A stretch of 63,462 bases of DNA, counting the filler, from Octopus bimaculoides (lineage: Eukaryota): assembly GCF_001194135.2 (NCBI RefSeq). It is 6 parts of 6 records of this genome, joined end to end, with 100 filler letters (N's around TTAATTAATTAA, not from the genome) between each part and the next. Parts side by side here need not be neighbours in the genome. Positions count along the whole stretch, not along the records: positions 46,644 to 59,960 come from NC_068988.1; positions 60,061 to 61,677 come from NW_026415633.1; positions 61,778 to 63,462 come from NC_068991.1; 3 more parts are not named here. The stretch is one strand, 5' to 3'. Both the position numbers and the translations under genes were made by a program. Positions 52,182-63,462 of the stretch are shown here, piece by piece; position 1 is the first letter of the stretch, and each line of letters opens with the position of its first letter. The notes under the pieces were generated by a model. It had not been told where the DNA came from and did no database searches. It was given only the letters and a program-made list of their open reading frames with translations.

Positions 52182-53159
52182 TGCGTGCGATGACACCGTA
52201 GCTGGGTCATTAATCACGCTGCTGGATTGTTTAAACATAACTAACATACTTGAAATACGTCTATGTATGTGAATGCGTTGTNNNNNNNNNNNNNNNNNNN
52301 NNNNNNNNNNNNNNNNNNNNNNNNNNNNNNNNNNNNNNNNNNNNNNNNNNNNNNNNNNNNNNNNNNNNNNNNNNNNNNNNNNNNNNNNNNNNNNNNNNNN
52401 NNNNNNNNNNNNNNNNNNNNNNNNNNNNNNNNNNNNNNNNNNNNNNNNNNNNNNNNNNNNNNNNNNNNNNNNNNNNNNNNNNNNNNNNNNNNNNNNNNNN
52501 NNNNNNNNNNNNNNNNNNNNNNNNNNNNNNNNNNNNNNNNNNNNNNNNNNNNNNNNNNNNNNNNNNNNNNNNNNNNNNNNNNNNNNNNNNNNNNNNNNNN
52601 NNNNNNNNNNNNNNNNNNNNNNNNNNNNNNNNNNNNNNNNNNNNNNNNNNNNNNNNNNNNNNNNNNNNNNNNNNNNNNNNNNNNNNNNNNNNNNNNNNNN
52701 NNNNNNNNNNNNNNNNNNNNNNNNNNNNNNNNNNNNNNNNNNNNNNNNNNNNNNNNNNNNNNNNNNNNNNNNNNNNNNNNNNNNNNNNNNNNNNNNNNNN
52801 NNNNNNNNNNNNNNNNNNNNNNNNNNNNNNNNNNNNNNNNNNNNNNNNNNNNNNNNNNNNNNNNNNNNNNNNNNNNNNNNNNNNNNNNNNNNNNNNNNNN
52901 NNNNNNNNNNNNNNNNNNNNNNNNNNNNNNNNNNNNNNNNNNNNNNNNNNNNNNNNNNNNNNNNNNNNNNNNNNNCATACATACACACACACACATATAC
53001 ACACACATGCACGCACATACACATACACATATACACACACACATATACACACACGCACACACATACATACACACACGCACGCGCGCACGCACACACACAC
53101 AAATACACACACGCACACACACACACACACATGCACTTATACACACACACATACTCAAG

Positions 53160-53315
53160 CTTCCACACGGTTTCTATGCACCAAATTCACTCATAAGGCG
53201 TTGGTCGCTCCCAGACTACGATCGAAGGTACTTGTACAAGCGCAAAAGTTGCAATGCAGTCGGAGTGAACGTGGAACCCTCTAGCTACAAAGCACGCGTT
53301 GAATCCACACAGCCG
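53160..53315 (-). mobile_element. SINE family B head, decayed
   Basis: accaaattcactcataaggcgttggtcg..gcagtcggagtgaacgtggaacc. Confidence 0.65.
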
Positions 53316-53528
53316 TTTCCAAATTTTGTCTTAGAATTACGTTCAAGATCGTATCCCTTGACTCAAGACGTGCCTTTATTTCTCTTGGTATTAAGAGGAG
53401 ATAGATATGTAGATACTGTGACCTTTATGCTATTCTCTAACACTTGGAGTAGCGTTAAATGCAGCTGAAAATTTTGTATAAAGTAAATTATCAAACATTA
53501 AGGGACAACTTTAGATAATGAAAGTAAC

Positions 53529-53563
<35 letters not shown>

Positions 53564-53885
53564 TACACGTTTGGTAATAACAAGTGGTGTGGTAGTGATG
53601 ATGGCGACGAGGCGGGGAAGGAGGGACAATGACGTTGTGACTATGATGATCATATCATGGCCGCCGCTGTAATAATAAACAATTGTGACGACAGTTACGA
53701 TGACGACGACCTCGTCGATAACAAAGATGTTACGTTCCAACTGATGTTGATTAAGAGGATGGATATTTTCTCACCAAGATATTCTTCTTCTTTACTAACA
53801 ATATTATGGCAATCGCCGCTTTTTCACTCAGTCTTTATCTCTCTCTACCTATCTATCTATCTATCTATCTATCTGTCTCCCCCCC

Positions 53886-53937
<52 letters not shown>

Positions 53938-54515
53938 CCATCTATCTGTCTTTCGCGCATTCACAAACCTACGTACGTATGCACGCAAGCTTACACTCAA
54001 ACACAATAAACCAACAGAGATACCCTACATCGATTGATCGCATGCAGTAAATAGATAAACAAATACACACTAGAAATATTGAATTGGAATATTTTACAAG
54101 AAGAAAAATACTATAAAACTTGACAATACAACGAACAGTACAAACAACTCTATCGCAAGCTATTGATAATCTATTATATTATCGATTTTTAATGCAATTA
54201 CACACGTCGCTTAGTCTTTCTCTGTTCCTTTTCCATCTCGCCTTCTCTCTCCCCCACTTTCTCACCCACTTCCTTTTCTTTACTTCGTTTTATTTTGTTT
54301 ATGGTTGTTATTGCTTTTTAGCTTTGTTTATTGTTTTTTTGTAGCTGTTATTTTTGTTTTGCTTTGTTTTGGTGTTATTGTTTTTTTTTTCTTTTTCTTT
54401 TTCTTTTTATAAACTTTTAATAGCGGAATGTTTCCTGAAGAATTTTCACTCATTTATTTAGATGCTTTATTCGCCTTCGGTTAATAAAAGCTGTTAATCC
54501 TTTGAGAGAGCCACA

Positions 54516-54608
<93 letters not shown>

Positions 54609-55159
54609 GTAAAATTCTTCGCTGTGGAAATCTTGGTCAGATCTCCCTCTAGTTGTTTAACTTAACGATTTGTACTGCTGCCTTTCACCACGCTCCAAGG
54701 TCTATGTGTAATCGAATGCGCGTGCAACACACACACATACACACACACAGACACACACACACACATACACACACACAGACACACACACACCACAATCATG
54801 CACACATAAACAGACACAAACACAAATGTGTTTGTGTATGTGTTTGTATTCTTATGTAACGATCAATATGTAGTTGTATATGTATCTGATGTAATCTGCA
54901 ATCGACTAGGATAAATGAATAAACGTGTTTCTCTAAGTCTTAACTAAACATTTAGTATATTAACAATTGATATAATATTAACTGTATTTACGCGCATGCT
55001 CTTAATTACTAATAATTAATTATTGCTGCTAGAAAATTTTACACGATATGTTCTATTTTGAAGTAAAGATGGCGGACTTCTCATAACGCCATATTTACTC
55101 GCGTCAAGATACGTACCAGTCATTCTAACATAGAAACATCGGTCGTTCAGCCATTTATT

Positions 55160-55345
55160 TATCCTTTTATTCTTTTACTAGTTTCAGTCATTGACTTGTG
55201 GCTATGCTTGGTCTCCGTTTTGAAAAGCATTTTTTCATTGATCGTACTGGCTTAAGTATTGATTTCCGTCAATTGCTTGTTTTAACGAACGAATACTATT
55301 TATCGGATGGCCAAGTTACATTTTGGTGCAACGAATCGCCACTCG
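55160..55345 (-). mobile_element. SINE family B tail, decayed
   Basis: ttttattcttttactagtttcagtcattgac..gctatgct. Confidence 0.6.
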
Positions 55346-55378
55346 ACTGACCCTTTTTTTTTTTACAACGATATAGTC

Positions 55379-55632
55379 CAATGGTGCTCAACCGGGGGTC
55401 CATATGGCTCTTGGGGGTTCATATAAGATCTTGTTGTTAAAAGTTATCTGTAATAAATTGGTCATACTTTTACAATACACAAAATATTTTAACAATTTTT
55501 TATGCAATTCCTAATAATATTTGATTATAGAAATATGACGGGATTTCTTTTTAAACATCGAGTGGCTATCAGAGTCCCCCTGAATAAAATAGGAATCACA
55601 GGGGTCCATCGGTGATAAATGGTTGAGAACAA
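55379..55632. mobile_element. hAT-type MITE, second copy
   Basis: caatggtgctcaaccgggggtcc..ggggtccatc..ggttgagaac; internal sequence similar to 5307-5548. Confidence 0.7.
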
Positions 55633-55634
55633 TA

Positions 55635-55837
55635 CAGTAATCCCTCGCCATATCAGTTCACCTATCGCGCTCTCAGTACATCGCGGATTTTTCTGGCTAA
55701 TATAGGTAAATTTATATCGCCGATTCCTCAGTATATCGCGGGTTTCTGCGGCTGATAGGCATTTATATTTTTTAGATTTTAATTATTTCTGTGAGAGGTT
55801 TTCGAGCGTAACACCCGCGATAGTTGAGGATTTATAG
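55635..55837. mobile_element. pogo/Tigger-like MITE
   Basis: TA followed by cagtaatccctcgccatatc; decayed right TIR cgcgatagttgaggatttatag; internal repeated cagta.atcgcgg. Confidence 0.55.
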
Positions 55838-56071
55838 TGCAGAAAAAACATATACATACATATAGTACATGCATAGTCCCGCTCATATGCACACACACAT
55901 TTACATGCCATTAAAACAAACAGTAGAGTGGTGAAAAAAAAGTTTCTGTAAAAATTTCGTGTCCCTGAATTCGGCGTTTAAATCCCACCAAAGTTCACTT
56001 TGCTGTTAATCTACGTCTATCTCATTCTCTCTGCCCCACTTCATCCTACACATTCTCTTTCTTGTATACAC

Positions 56072-56135
<64 letters not shown>

Positions 56136-57115
56136 NNNNNNNNNNNNNNNNNNNNNNNNNNNNNNNNNNNNNNNNNNNNNNNNNNNNNNNNNNNNNNNNN
56201 NNNNNNNNNNNNNNNNNNNNNNNNNNNNNNNNNNNNNNNNNNNNNNNNNNNNNNNNNNNNNNNNNNNNNNNNNNNNNNNNNNNNNNNNNNNNNNNNNNNN
56301 NNNNNNNNNNNNNNNNNNNNNNNNNNNNNNNNNNNNNNNNNNNNNNNNNNNNNNNNNNNNNNNNNNNNNNNNNNNNNNNNNNNNNNNNNNNNNNNNNNNN
56401 NNNNNNNNNNNNNNNNNNNNNNNNNNNNNNNNNNNNNNNNNNNNNNNNNNNNNNNNNNNNNNNNNNNNNNNNNNNNNNNNNNNNNNNNNNNNNNNNNNNN
56501 NNNNNNNNNNNNNNNNNNNNNNNNNNNNNNNNNNNNNNNNNNNNNNNNNNNNNNNNNNNNNNNNNNNNNNNNNNNNNNNNNNNNNNNNNNNNNNNNNNNN
56601 NNNNNNNNNNNNNNNNNNNNNNNNNNNNNNNNNNNNNNNNNNNNNNNNNNNNNNNNNNNNNNNNNNNNNNNNNNNNNNNNNNNNNNNNNNNNNNNNNNNN
56701 NNNNNNNNNNNNNNNNNNNNNNNNNNTATATATATATATATATATATATGCATACATACATACATACATAGCACATAAATACATATGCATGCATCTAGAC
56801 ATGAAAATATACACATAAAAACGCATCCATAAAACAAACATACAAATCTGCGCATACACTAACACCAAATATTGCACACACACACACACACATGCACAAA
56901 TACCTAGATGATGTTGATAAAAGTTCCAATGAAGGAGCCTTGAATTTATGTTAGAGTCCGGCTCTTACTCTATGGACAAGAAATACAGAAATGAAACTGA
57001 TTGATAACATACATACATACATACAAGTATATATATAACATGTGTGTGTCTTTGGCAGCCGCTTGACATATATATTGCATGTGTTTTGTTTATACGCTAA
57101 TATGCTGCAGGATTA

Positions 57116-57330
57116 AAGCGGTAAGCTGGCAGAAACGTTTGCACACCGGGCGAAATGCTTAGCGGCATTTCGTCTGCCGCTATGTTCTGAGTTCAAATTC
57201 CACCGAGGTCGACTTTGCTTTCATATTTTCAGGGTCGATAAATTAAGTACCAGTTGCGTACTCAGGTCAATCTAATCAACTGCTCCACTTCCCAAAGATT
57301 TCAGGCCTAGTGCCTAGAGTAGAAAAGAAT
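57116..57330 (+). mobile_element. SINE family A, full length
   Basis: aagctggcagaaacg..ctgagttcaaattccaccgaggtcgactttgc..aggcctagtgcctagagtagaaaagaat. Confidence 0.9.
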
Positions 57331-57331
57331 A

Positions 57332-57816
57332 TGTTGCAGGATAGCATCCTGGGAAAGCTCCCGCTACATGTCGCAGAGTGGTAAAGAACGCAATATCGCA
57401 GACAGGCAAGGTGTCTTGCGCCTGAGATGATCGAAAATGATAGATATCGATATTTCCCTATCGTTTATAATTCCACAGCACCATTTTACAATTTCCTCTA
57501 CTATGTTTGTGCGACCGATAATATTTACATCATTAGAGCTGCTTTTAATTCGAAATTTAATTTTGTTTCACATGTTCCACACCACAGCACATCAGCAAAT
57601 ACACTTCACACTATTTGCATATATTTCCCAGACCAGTGATTCGATTCGTTTCGAAGAGAATCGTGTAAATGGTACTATGGAGCTATAACAATAACAAAAT
57701 ATCGATATCTGTCGTTCTCAATCGCCGCAGGCAAGTTGTCTCGTCTATCTGGGACATCATAGTCTTTAACACCCAGTATCGTGTAGGGAGCTTTCCCAGG
57801 ACATTGTCCTGCAGCA
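57332..57816. repeat. Long imperfect inverted repeat (arms about 155 bp, 173-bp spacer), probable old MITE
   Basis: 57332-57490 aligns by eye with the RC of 57664-57816 (shared cctgggaaagctccc, agatatcgatattt, cacc/taccattt). Confidence 0.75.
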
Positions 57817-57924
57817 AACTGGCGAATAAACAAAGCATATACACTATGTATGTGTGACCGATAATACATGCATACACACATGCATACACATACACGCGCG
57901 CGCGCGCACACACACACACACAAA

Positions 57925-58023
57925 CACACAGAGTCACACTCACACACACAGAGTCACACTCACACACACACAGAGTCACACTCACACACACAGAGTTACA
58001 CTCACACACACAGGGTCACACTC
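57925..58023. repeat. Minisatellite, five units of 20-22 bp (cacacacagagtcacact)
   Basis: Directly visible. Confidence 0.85.
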
Positions 58024-58028
58024 AAACA

Positions 58029-58247
58029 TGTGGGATGCTGAAAAGTTTCTGGCTATAAGGGTATCACGAAAGGCTTGGTTGGAGGTCCAACCTTCCAAGT
58101 TCTTTTACAGGGCTTAGAGAAACTGAAGAACCGCTGCAATGAGTGTGTGAATCTGAGAGAGGAATATGTTGAATAAAATGATATAATTAACTTATCCCTC
58201 TTCTATTTTCTTTTACCCGAATCCAGAAACTTTTCAGCACCCTCTCG
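58029..58247 (+). mobile_element. mariner-derived internally deleted element (MITE)
   Basis: TIRs gatgctgaaaagtttctgg and ccagaaacttttcagcac; retains transposase C-terminus LEKLKNRCNECVNLREEYVE*. Confidence 0.8.
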
Positions 58248-58686
58248 TGTGTGTGTATATATATATATTTCCCCATAATTCTGAAATCAATTGATATGTA
58301 CTTGAAACTTTTCATGAATCCTTTTCGTTTATTCTCGATTTCGGCGCGTGTTGATTGATATTTAAGGTAGTTTAGAGCAATCTGGCATCTCCTTTTAGTT
58401 TGTGACTAAGCGTGTGTACTTATTCTCTTGTCCTAAATATATATATATAGTTTCGACTCTTTTTTGTGGCATCAAGTTCTGTGAGTCAAACTGATTAGGT
58501 GGAAATTGTGCAGAAATTAGTCGAACGGATTCTAGTCGTAATTTCAACATCAAATCTTGTTACAATCTTTCATATAGAATGTTGTGTCACTTCATATTAG
58601 TTCGATTAGCATGTATTTCAGTTAATCAAACGACTGAAAACTTATCGTCGATGTCGACTGAGATCCATTTGCTGTATACATGACAC

Positions 58687-58717
<31 letters not shown>

Positions 58718-59542
58718 AATAGACAGAGACAGACTGATATATATATATATATAGATAGATAGATAGATTATAATGTTTCTTTTTAAATATAGCTATACAT
58801 AAAAAAAATAAAACATTAATGGCAGGATCAGTCAATTTCGAAGATATTGTCGATCATTTCTTAGATGTGTATGTATGTGTGTGCGCACACGTGTCAGCAT
58901 GTGTATATTTATGTACGTATCTGTCATATCTATATACCTTTATGTACATGTGCATATATGTCTATGTATGTATATATGTGTCTGAGTATACATCTATCCA
59001 AAAGTGTATGTGTATGTGAGAGCATACGTATTGTAAATTAAAGTTATGTGTGTATACTGGCGTTATTTACTTTAGGCAGTAATTTATACTGCGTGGACGT
59101 GTGCCAAGTATTTGCAAACTGAGAGACAACAGGCTGGCAGGAGGTATTTTCCCTTGGAGACTGTCACACTCTCACGTAGACTTTAGGATTGGATCTCCCT
59201 TGTAGGATACAGTGTGTTAGGGACGTGTGGTCAGACGACACAGCTTACACAGTCGCAAAACTTTAACCGTAAACAACCTTCTCGATTATTCATAATGTAG
59301 TTCTCTCTATTGAGCTGCTGTTGATGTTTATATATNNNNNNNNNNCATACGTACATACATACATACATACATAATTATATATATACATACATAGTTACAT
59401 ACATACATACATAGACAGGCGGAGAGAGAGATACGGACAATACACTAGAATTCAGTAGACGGCAACTGTGCAGAAACGCATCGCATACACACATGCACAC
59501 ATACATACATACATACATACATACATACATGCATACAAGTAA

Positions 59543-59598
<56 letters not shown>

Positions 59599-60170
59599 AT
59601 TATTGTTGTTGTTGCTGTTGTTCTTGTTCTTATTGTTATTGTTGTTGTTGTCGTTCGCGGATAATATTCGAGGAGACTTAAACTCGCGAAATGGCACAAT
59701 ATGCATAATGATAGCTTGCTTATAGTTTGTACGATTGTTCCAGAATATTAAGCGCTTCTCAAAAGTTCAAATTTCCTCTGAAAAAGACAAGATACATTAT
59801 CATTGAAAGAATTATCATAATTCATAAGTATCTGTGTATGTGCATGTGCGCGCGCTTGTATCCATATCAGTATAACACACACACACACAAACAGACACAC
59901 ACAAACAGACCCACGCATACACACACGCACACATACATACATACATACATACATATATATNNNNNNNNNNNNNNNNNNNNNNNNNNNNNNNNNNNNNNNN
60001 NNNNTTAATTAATTAANNNNNNNNNNNNNNNNNNNNNNNNNNNNNNNNNNNNNNNNNNNNTAGATATATATATAAGATGGAGGTGCAAATTGCACAGAAG
60101 AAAACCTAAGCTATTTCAATTTAGAAAGAATTTAATTTAATGGTTAAAAAATTATGTAGATAGAATATAG

Positions 60171-60208
60171 AATATTACCGGTTTCGATGATGAATCTCAT
60201 CAAATATT
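60171..60208 (-). ncRNA. Minimal type I hammerhead ribozyme-like motif (C3U variant)
   Basis: AAUAU-UUGAUGA-GAU ucauc AUC-GAAA-CCGG-UA-AUAUU. Confidence 0.55.
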
Positions 60209-60470
60209 AGTAAAAATTTACGAAAATTTCAAATGAAAACAGTTAATATTCTATCTGGGGTTCAAAAGCATCCCTAGAATTATTTTTCGTTAAGGTCTTC
60301 TTTAAATATAGTTTGGAATGGCGGTCAATGTGTTGGAAAAGAAGACCTGTATTTGTCTATTGTCTATAAATATCTATATATATATGCACGTACACACATA
60401 CATCTACTTCGACATCTTGCTAAATCTACAAGTTCTTTTTTATTCTCTCTCTGTTTATTTCCTCGTGTTC

Positions 60471-60506
60471 CTTTCTGTTGAAGAGCGTAGGCTCGAAACG
60501 TAAAAG
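60471..60506 (+). ncRNA. Minimal type I hammerhead ribozyme-like motif (A6U variant, extra A before stem II)
   Basis: CUUU-CUGUUGA-A-GAGC guag GCUC-GAAAC-GUA-AAAG. Confidence 0.5.
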
Positions 60507-60809
60507 ACATTCTCACCTTCCCGAGCATGAAACTAATACACCTCCTTGCTGTTTATTCACCTGTCTTCGTCTTTTGTTTTTCTGTAAATTTCAACTATAT
60601 ATATATATTTCGAAACGTAGAGTTAGAATAGAGGCAACTGATGAATAATTCCAAGTGGCTTTCTGTTTTCCTATGTGTTCGTTCCGTTGTCTGTAGTTCA
60701 TTGTTCTAACGTCCTGTATCCTGATATGCATCTATATACGCATGTAGATGAAAGTATATACATATATGTGTGTATACATGCATATATATTTTTTGTATTA
60801 TATATATAT

Positions 60810-60913
<104 letters not shown>

Positions 60914-61835
60914 TCAGATAGGTAGATAGATAGCTAGATGATGGAAATATGTTCACACATCTCTGATATATACCAATAGACATATACATACATGCATACA
61001 TATATATTTATATACGTGTGTATATCTGCTTAAATATGATTATGTCTTAATTAAATATGCACAATTATACACATATGTACTTGTTTGTATATATGTATGC
61101 CATTCACATGTAAAATAATGATATGAAGATTTATAGGCGTGCATTTGTATGCTTGTCTTCGCATATAACAATATAAACGTGAATACAGGTATATACGACT
61201 ATGTATATAGATAGGCATAGACATACATATACATATAGAAAGGGCTAGGATTCAGGTTTACGGCCTCTCAAAACTGCCTTAAATAAAATTTATAGGTAAA
61301 TGCTGCCCTAGTTGGTCGCAGCTCTCGAGCTGAAATTAATAAAGGAATGAAAGAAATATACATGTATGTATGTATGTATGTATGTATGTATGTATATATG
61401 TATGTATGTATATGTATGTTTATATTTATTTATGTATGCATGCATGTATGTGGGTATTATGTGGGTATGTATTTGTGTATGTATGTATTGATATACATTG
61501 ATATAGTTATATATTCTACAGTACATGTGCATGTATTGGAAAGAAGATAGAGAACACCATCTAGGAAGCGTGATCTGCGCAACTGTTGTAGGTATAAGTA
61601 TGTGTCTACTCAGTTCTCACTGCTTCAACATGAATATACTACCGTTAATTTTTAGAGTTAATATCGCAATAAACTAANNNNNNNNNNNNNNNNNNNNNNN
61701 NNNNNNNNNNNNNNNNNNNNNTTAATTAATTAANNNNNNNNNNNNNNNNNNNNNNNNNNNNNNNNNNNNNNNNNNNNTATATATATATATATATTAATGT
61801 TTGTTTTTATGTCGAGTTATAATACAAGTAAGGGG

Positions 61836-62125
61836 GGGGGCGTGCCTTAATGACCAGAGTATTCGACTAACGACCATGTCGTGAGTTCGATTCCTAGCGT
61901 TACGTTGTGTCCTTGAGCAAGGTACTTTATTTCTCGTTGCTACAGTTCACTCACCTGGCAAAAATGAGTTGCACCTGTTGTTCAAAGGGCCATACTTGTC
62001 ACATAGTATGTTGTGCTGAATATCCCCGGGAACTAAGTCTGTGGAGTGCTCAGCCACTTGCACGTTAATTTTACGAGCAGGTTGTTCAACTGGAACACTC
62101 GCCATCGTAACCGACGGAGAGCTAG
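61836..62125 (+). mobile_element. SINE family C
   Basis: gtgagttcgattcc B-box; gtccttgagcaagg; gagtgctcagccacttgcacgttaatttt. Confidence 0.8.
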
Positions 62126-62374
62126 GCCACTGAAATAATAAAAACAATCTTACATTAACCTGAAGAATTATGCCAAAAATTTTTTGTAGAGTACAGATTT
62201 ATTAGTAGAGTACAAGTTTTGATCTGCTAGCCAGACTCGTACCGGAGTTACAAAAGTCACATAATAATTAGCAATAAACTCCTAGGAAATGAAAAGAGCC
62301 AGAACAAATATCGCAAGGTATTTTGTTCGATGCTTTAACGATCCAGCCAATACTTCACCAGGCACAGCTCGTCG

Positions 62375-62427
<53 letters not shown>

Positions 62428-62509
62428 GTCTGCCTGTCTGTCTGTCTGTCTGTCCGTCTGTCTGTGTGCGCGCGCTCGTGTATGTGTGTACTTGTGTGTG
62501 TGTTTGTTT

Positions 62510-62718
62510 CTGCATTTGTGTCCCACCACCGTTTGACAACTGGTGTTGGTATGTTTACATCACTATTACTTAACAGTTTGTCAAAAGTGACCGATAGAAT
62601 AAGTACTAGACTTTAAAAGATTAAGTCCTGGCGTCGATTCATTCGACTAAAAATCCTTCAGGCGGTGCCCCAGTATGGCCACAGTCTAATGATTGAAACA
62701 AGTAAAAGAAAGATAAAA
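62510..62718 (+). mobile_element. SINE family B, 3' half
   Basis: gtttgacaactggtg..gaccgatagaataagtactag..gaaacaagtaaaagaaagataaa. Confidence 0.8.
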
Positions 62719-62967
62719 CTATAATAATCTGAAGGTACAAATGGTGTTAATATTTAAATCTAAATCAGATGTTACACGATCGCATCCAGTCCCTAAACCA
62801 CTCCTTACTCTCCCTTTAAATGTAACCATTAAGGGCATTTGCTTAACTTTCCCTTCTTCATGTTGGGACCCTGTAATTTCCGTGGTGAAATTAAGTTAAT
62901 TGTTATCACGTCTTTTACATTTATGTTTGTTTATCGAAGGGCCTCAATAGATCTATTTACAAGGTAA

Positions 62968-63382
62968 AGGCACGATTGTATGATTGTTTAGAAATCAGGC
63001 AATTTCAGGTTCAATCCCACAATGCAGCACCTTGAGCAAGTGTGTGCTACTGCCAACCAATACTTTATGAGTGAATTTGTAGGTGGAATCTGATGGGAGT
63101 CCATCATATACATACATACATACATACATACATACATACGTGCATGCATACATACTAACACACGTGCTCGCGTATGTATGTATACGTATACTTATATATG
63201 TGCGTGAGTGTGTCTTTTCTTTACAGGATACCACTCGAAACCAGTCTCTGTTTATGTCCCTGTAACTTAACAGTTCGGAAAAATAAAGACTGATAGAATA
63301 AGAAGCAGACTTTAAAAATGACTACCGGGGTCAGTTTGAGGTGCTTCAGCATGTCCGTTGATTAGAAAGAGTAAAAAGATTA
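62968..63382 (+). mobile_element. SINE family B-like, decayed full length
   Basis: caggttcaatcccac..caccttgagcaagtg head; gactgatagaataag tail. Confidence 0.65.
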
Positions 63383-63402
63383 TACATTTGACACATACAT
63401 TT

Positions 63403-63462
<60 letters not shown>

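Larger units (their letters stand above)
60075..60600. mobile_element. Two Penelope-like terminal fragments in divergent orientation, each with a hammerhead-like motif
   Basis: Minimal type I hammerhead architecture at 60171-60208 (-) and 60471-60506 (+). Confidence 0.5.

Noticed and set aside
57925-58023. Regular repeats as a possible CRISPR-like array
   Set aside because: No unique spacers, eukaryotic context, and a CA-derived minisatellite unit.

Overview
AT-rich, microsatellite-dense animal genomic DNA with many N gaps. The SINE, MITE and LINE repertoire looks like an octopus (cephalopod) genome; this is an inference from remembered repeat motifs, not a database search. I found no intact protein-coding gene, rRNA, real tRNA or CRISPR array. 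Almost every listed ORF is a translated microsatellite or N-run. Supportable content: about 27 tRNA-head or RTE-tail SINE copies from four families; five R4/Dong-clade retrotransposon remnants, mostly in or beside (TAA)n tracts; a CR1/L2-group RT C-terminus; an L1/Tx1-like ORF1; decayed hAT (Buster/Charlie-like) and PIF/Harbinger transposases; several MITEs; and Penelope-like ends carrying two minimal hammerhead-ribozyme-like motifs. Most interesting non-repeat signals: a textbook recursive-splice-site-like motif on the minus strand at about 7.33 kb, suggesting the region lies in a long intron, and an ETS + NRF1-like + RFX X-box cluster at about 11.0 kb that looks like a promoter. Repeat boundaries are approximate (tens of bp).
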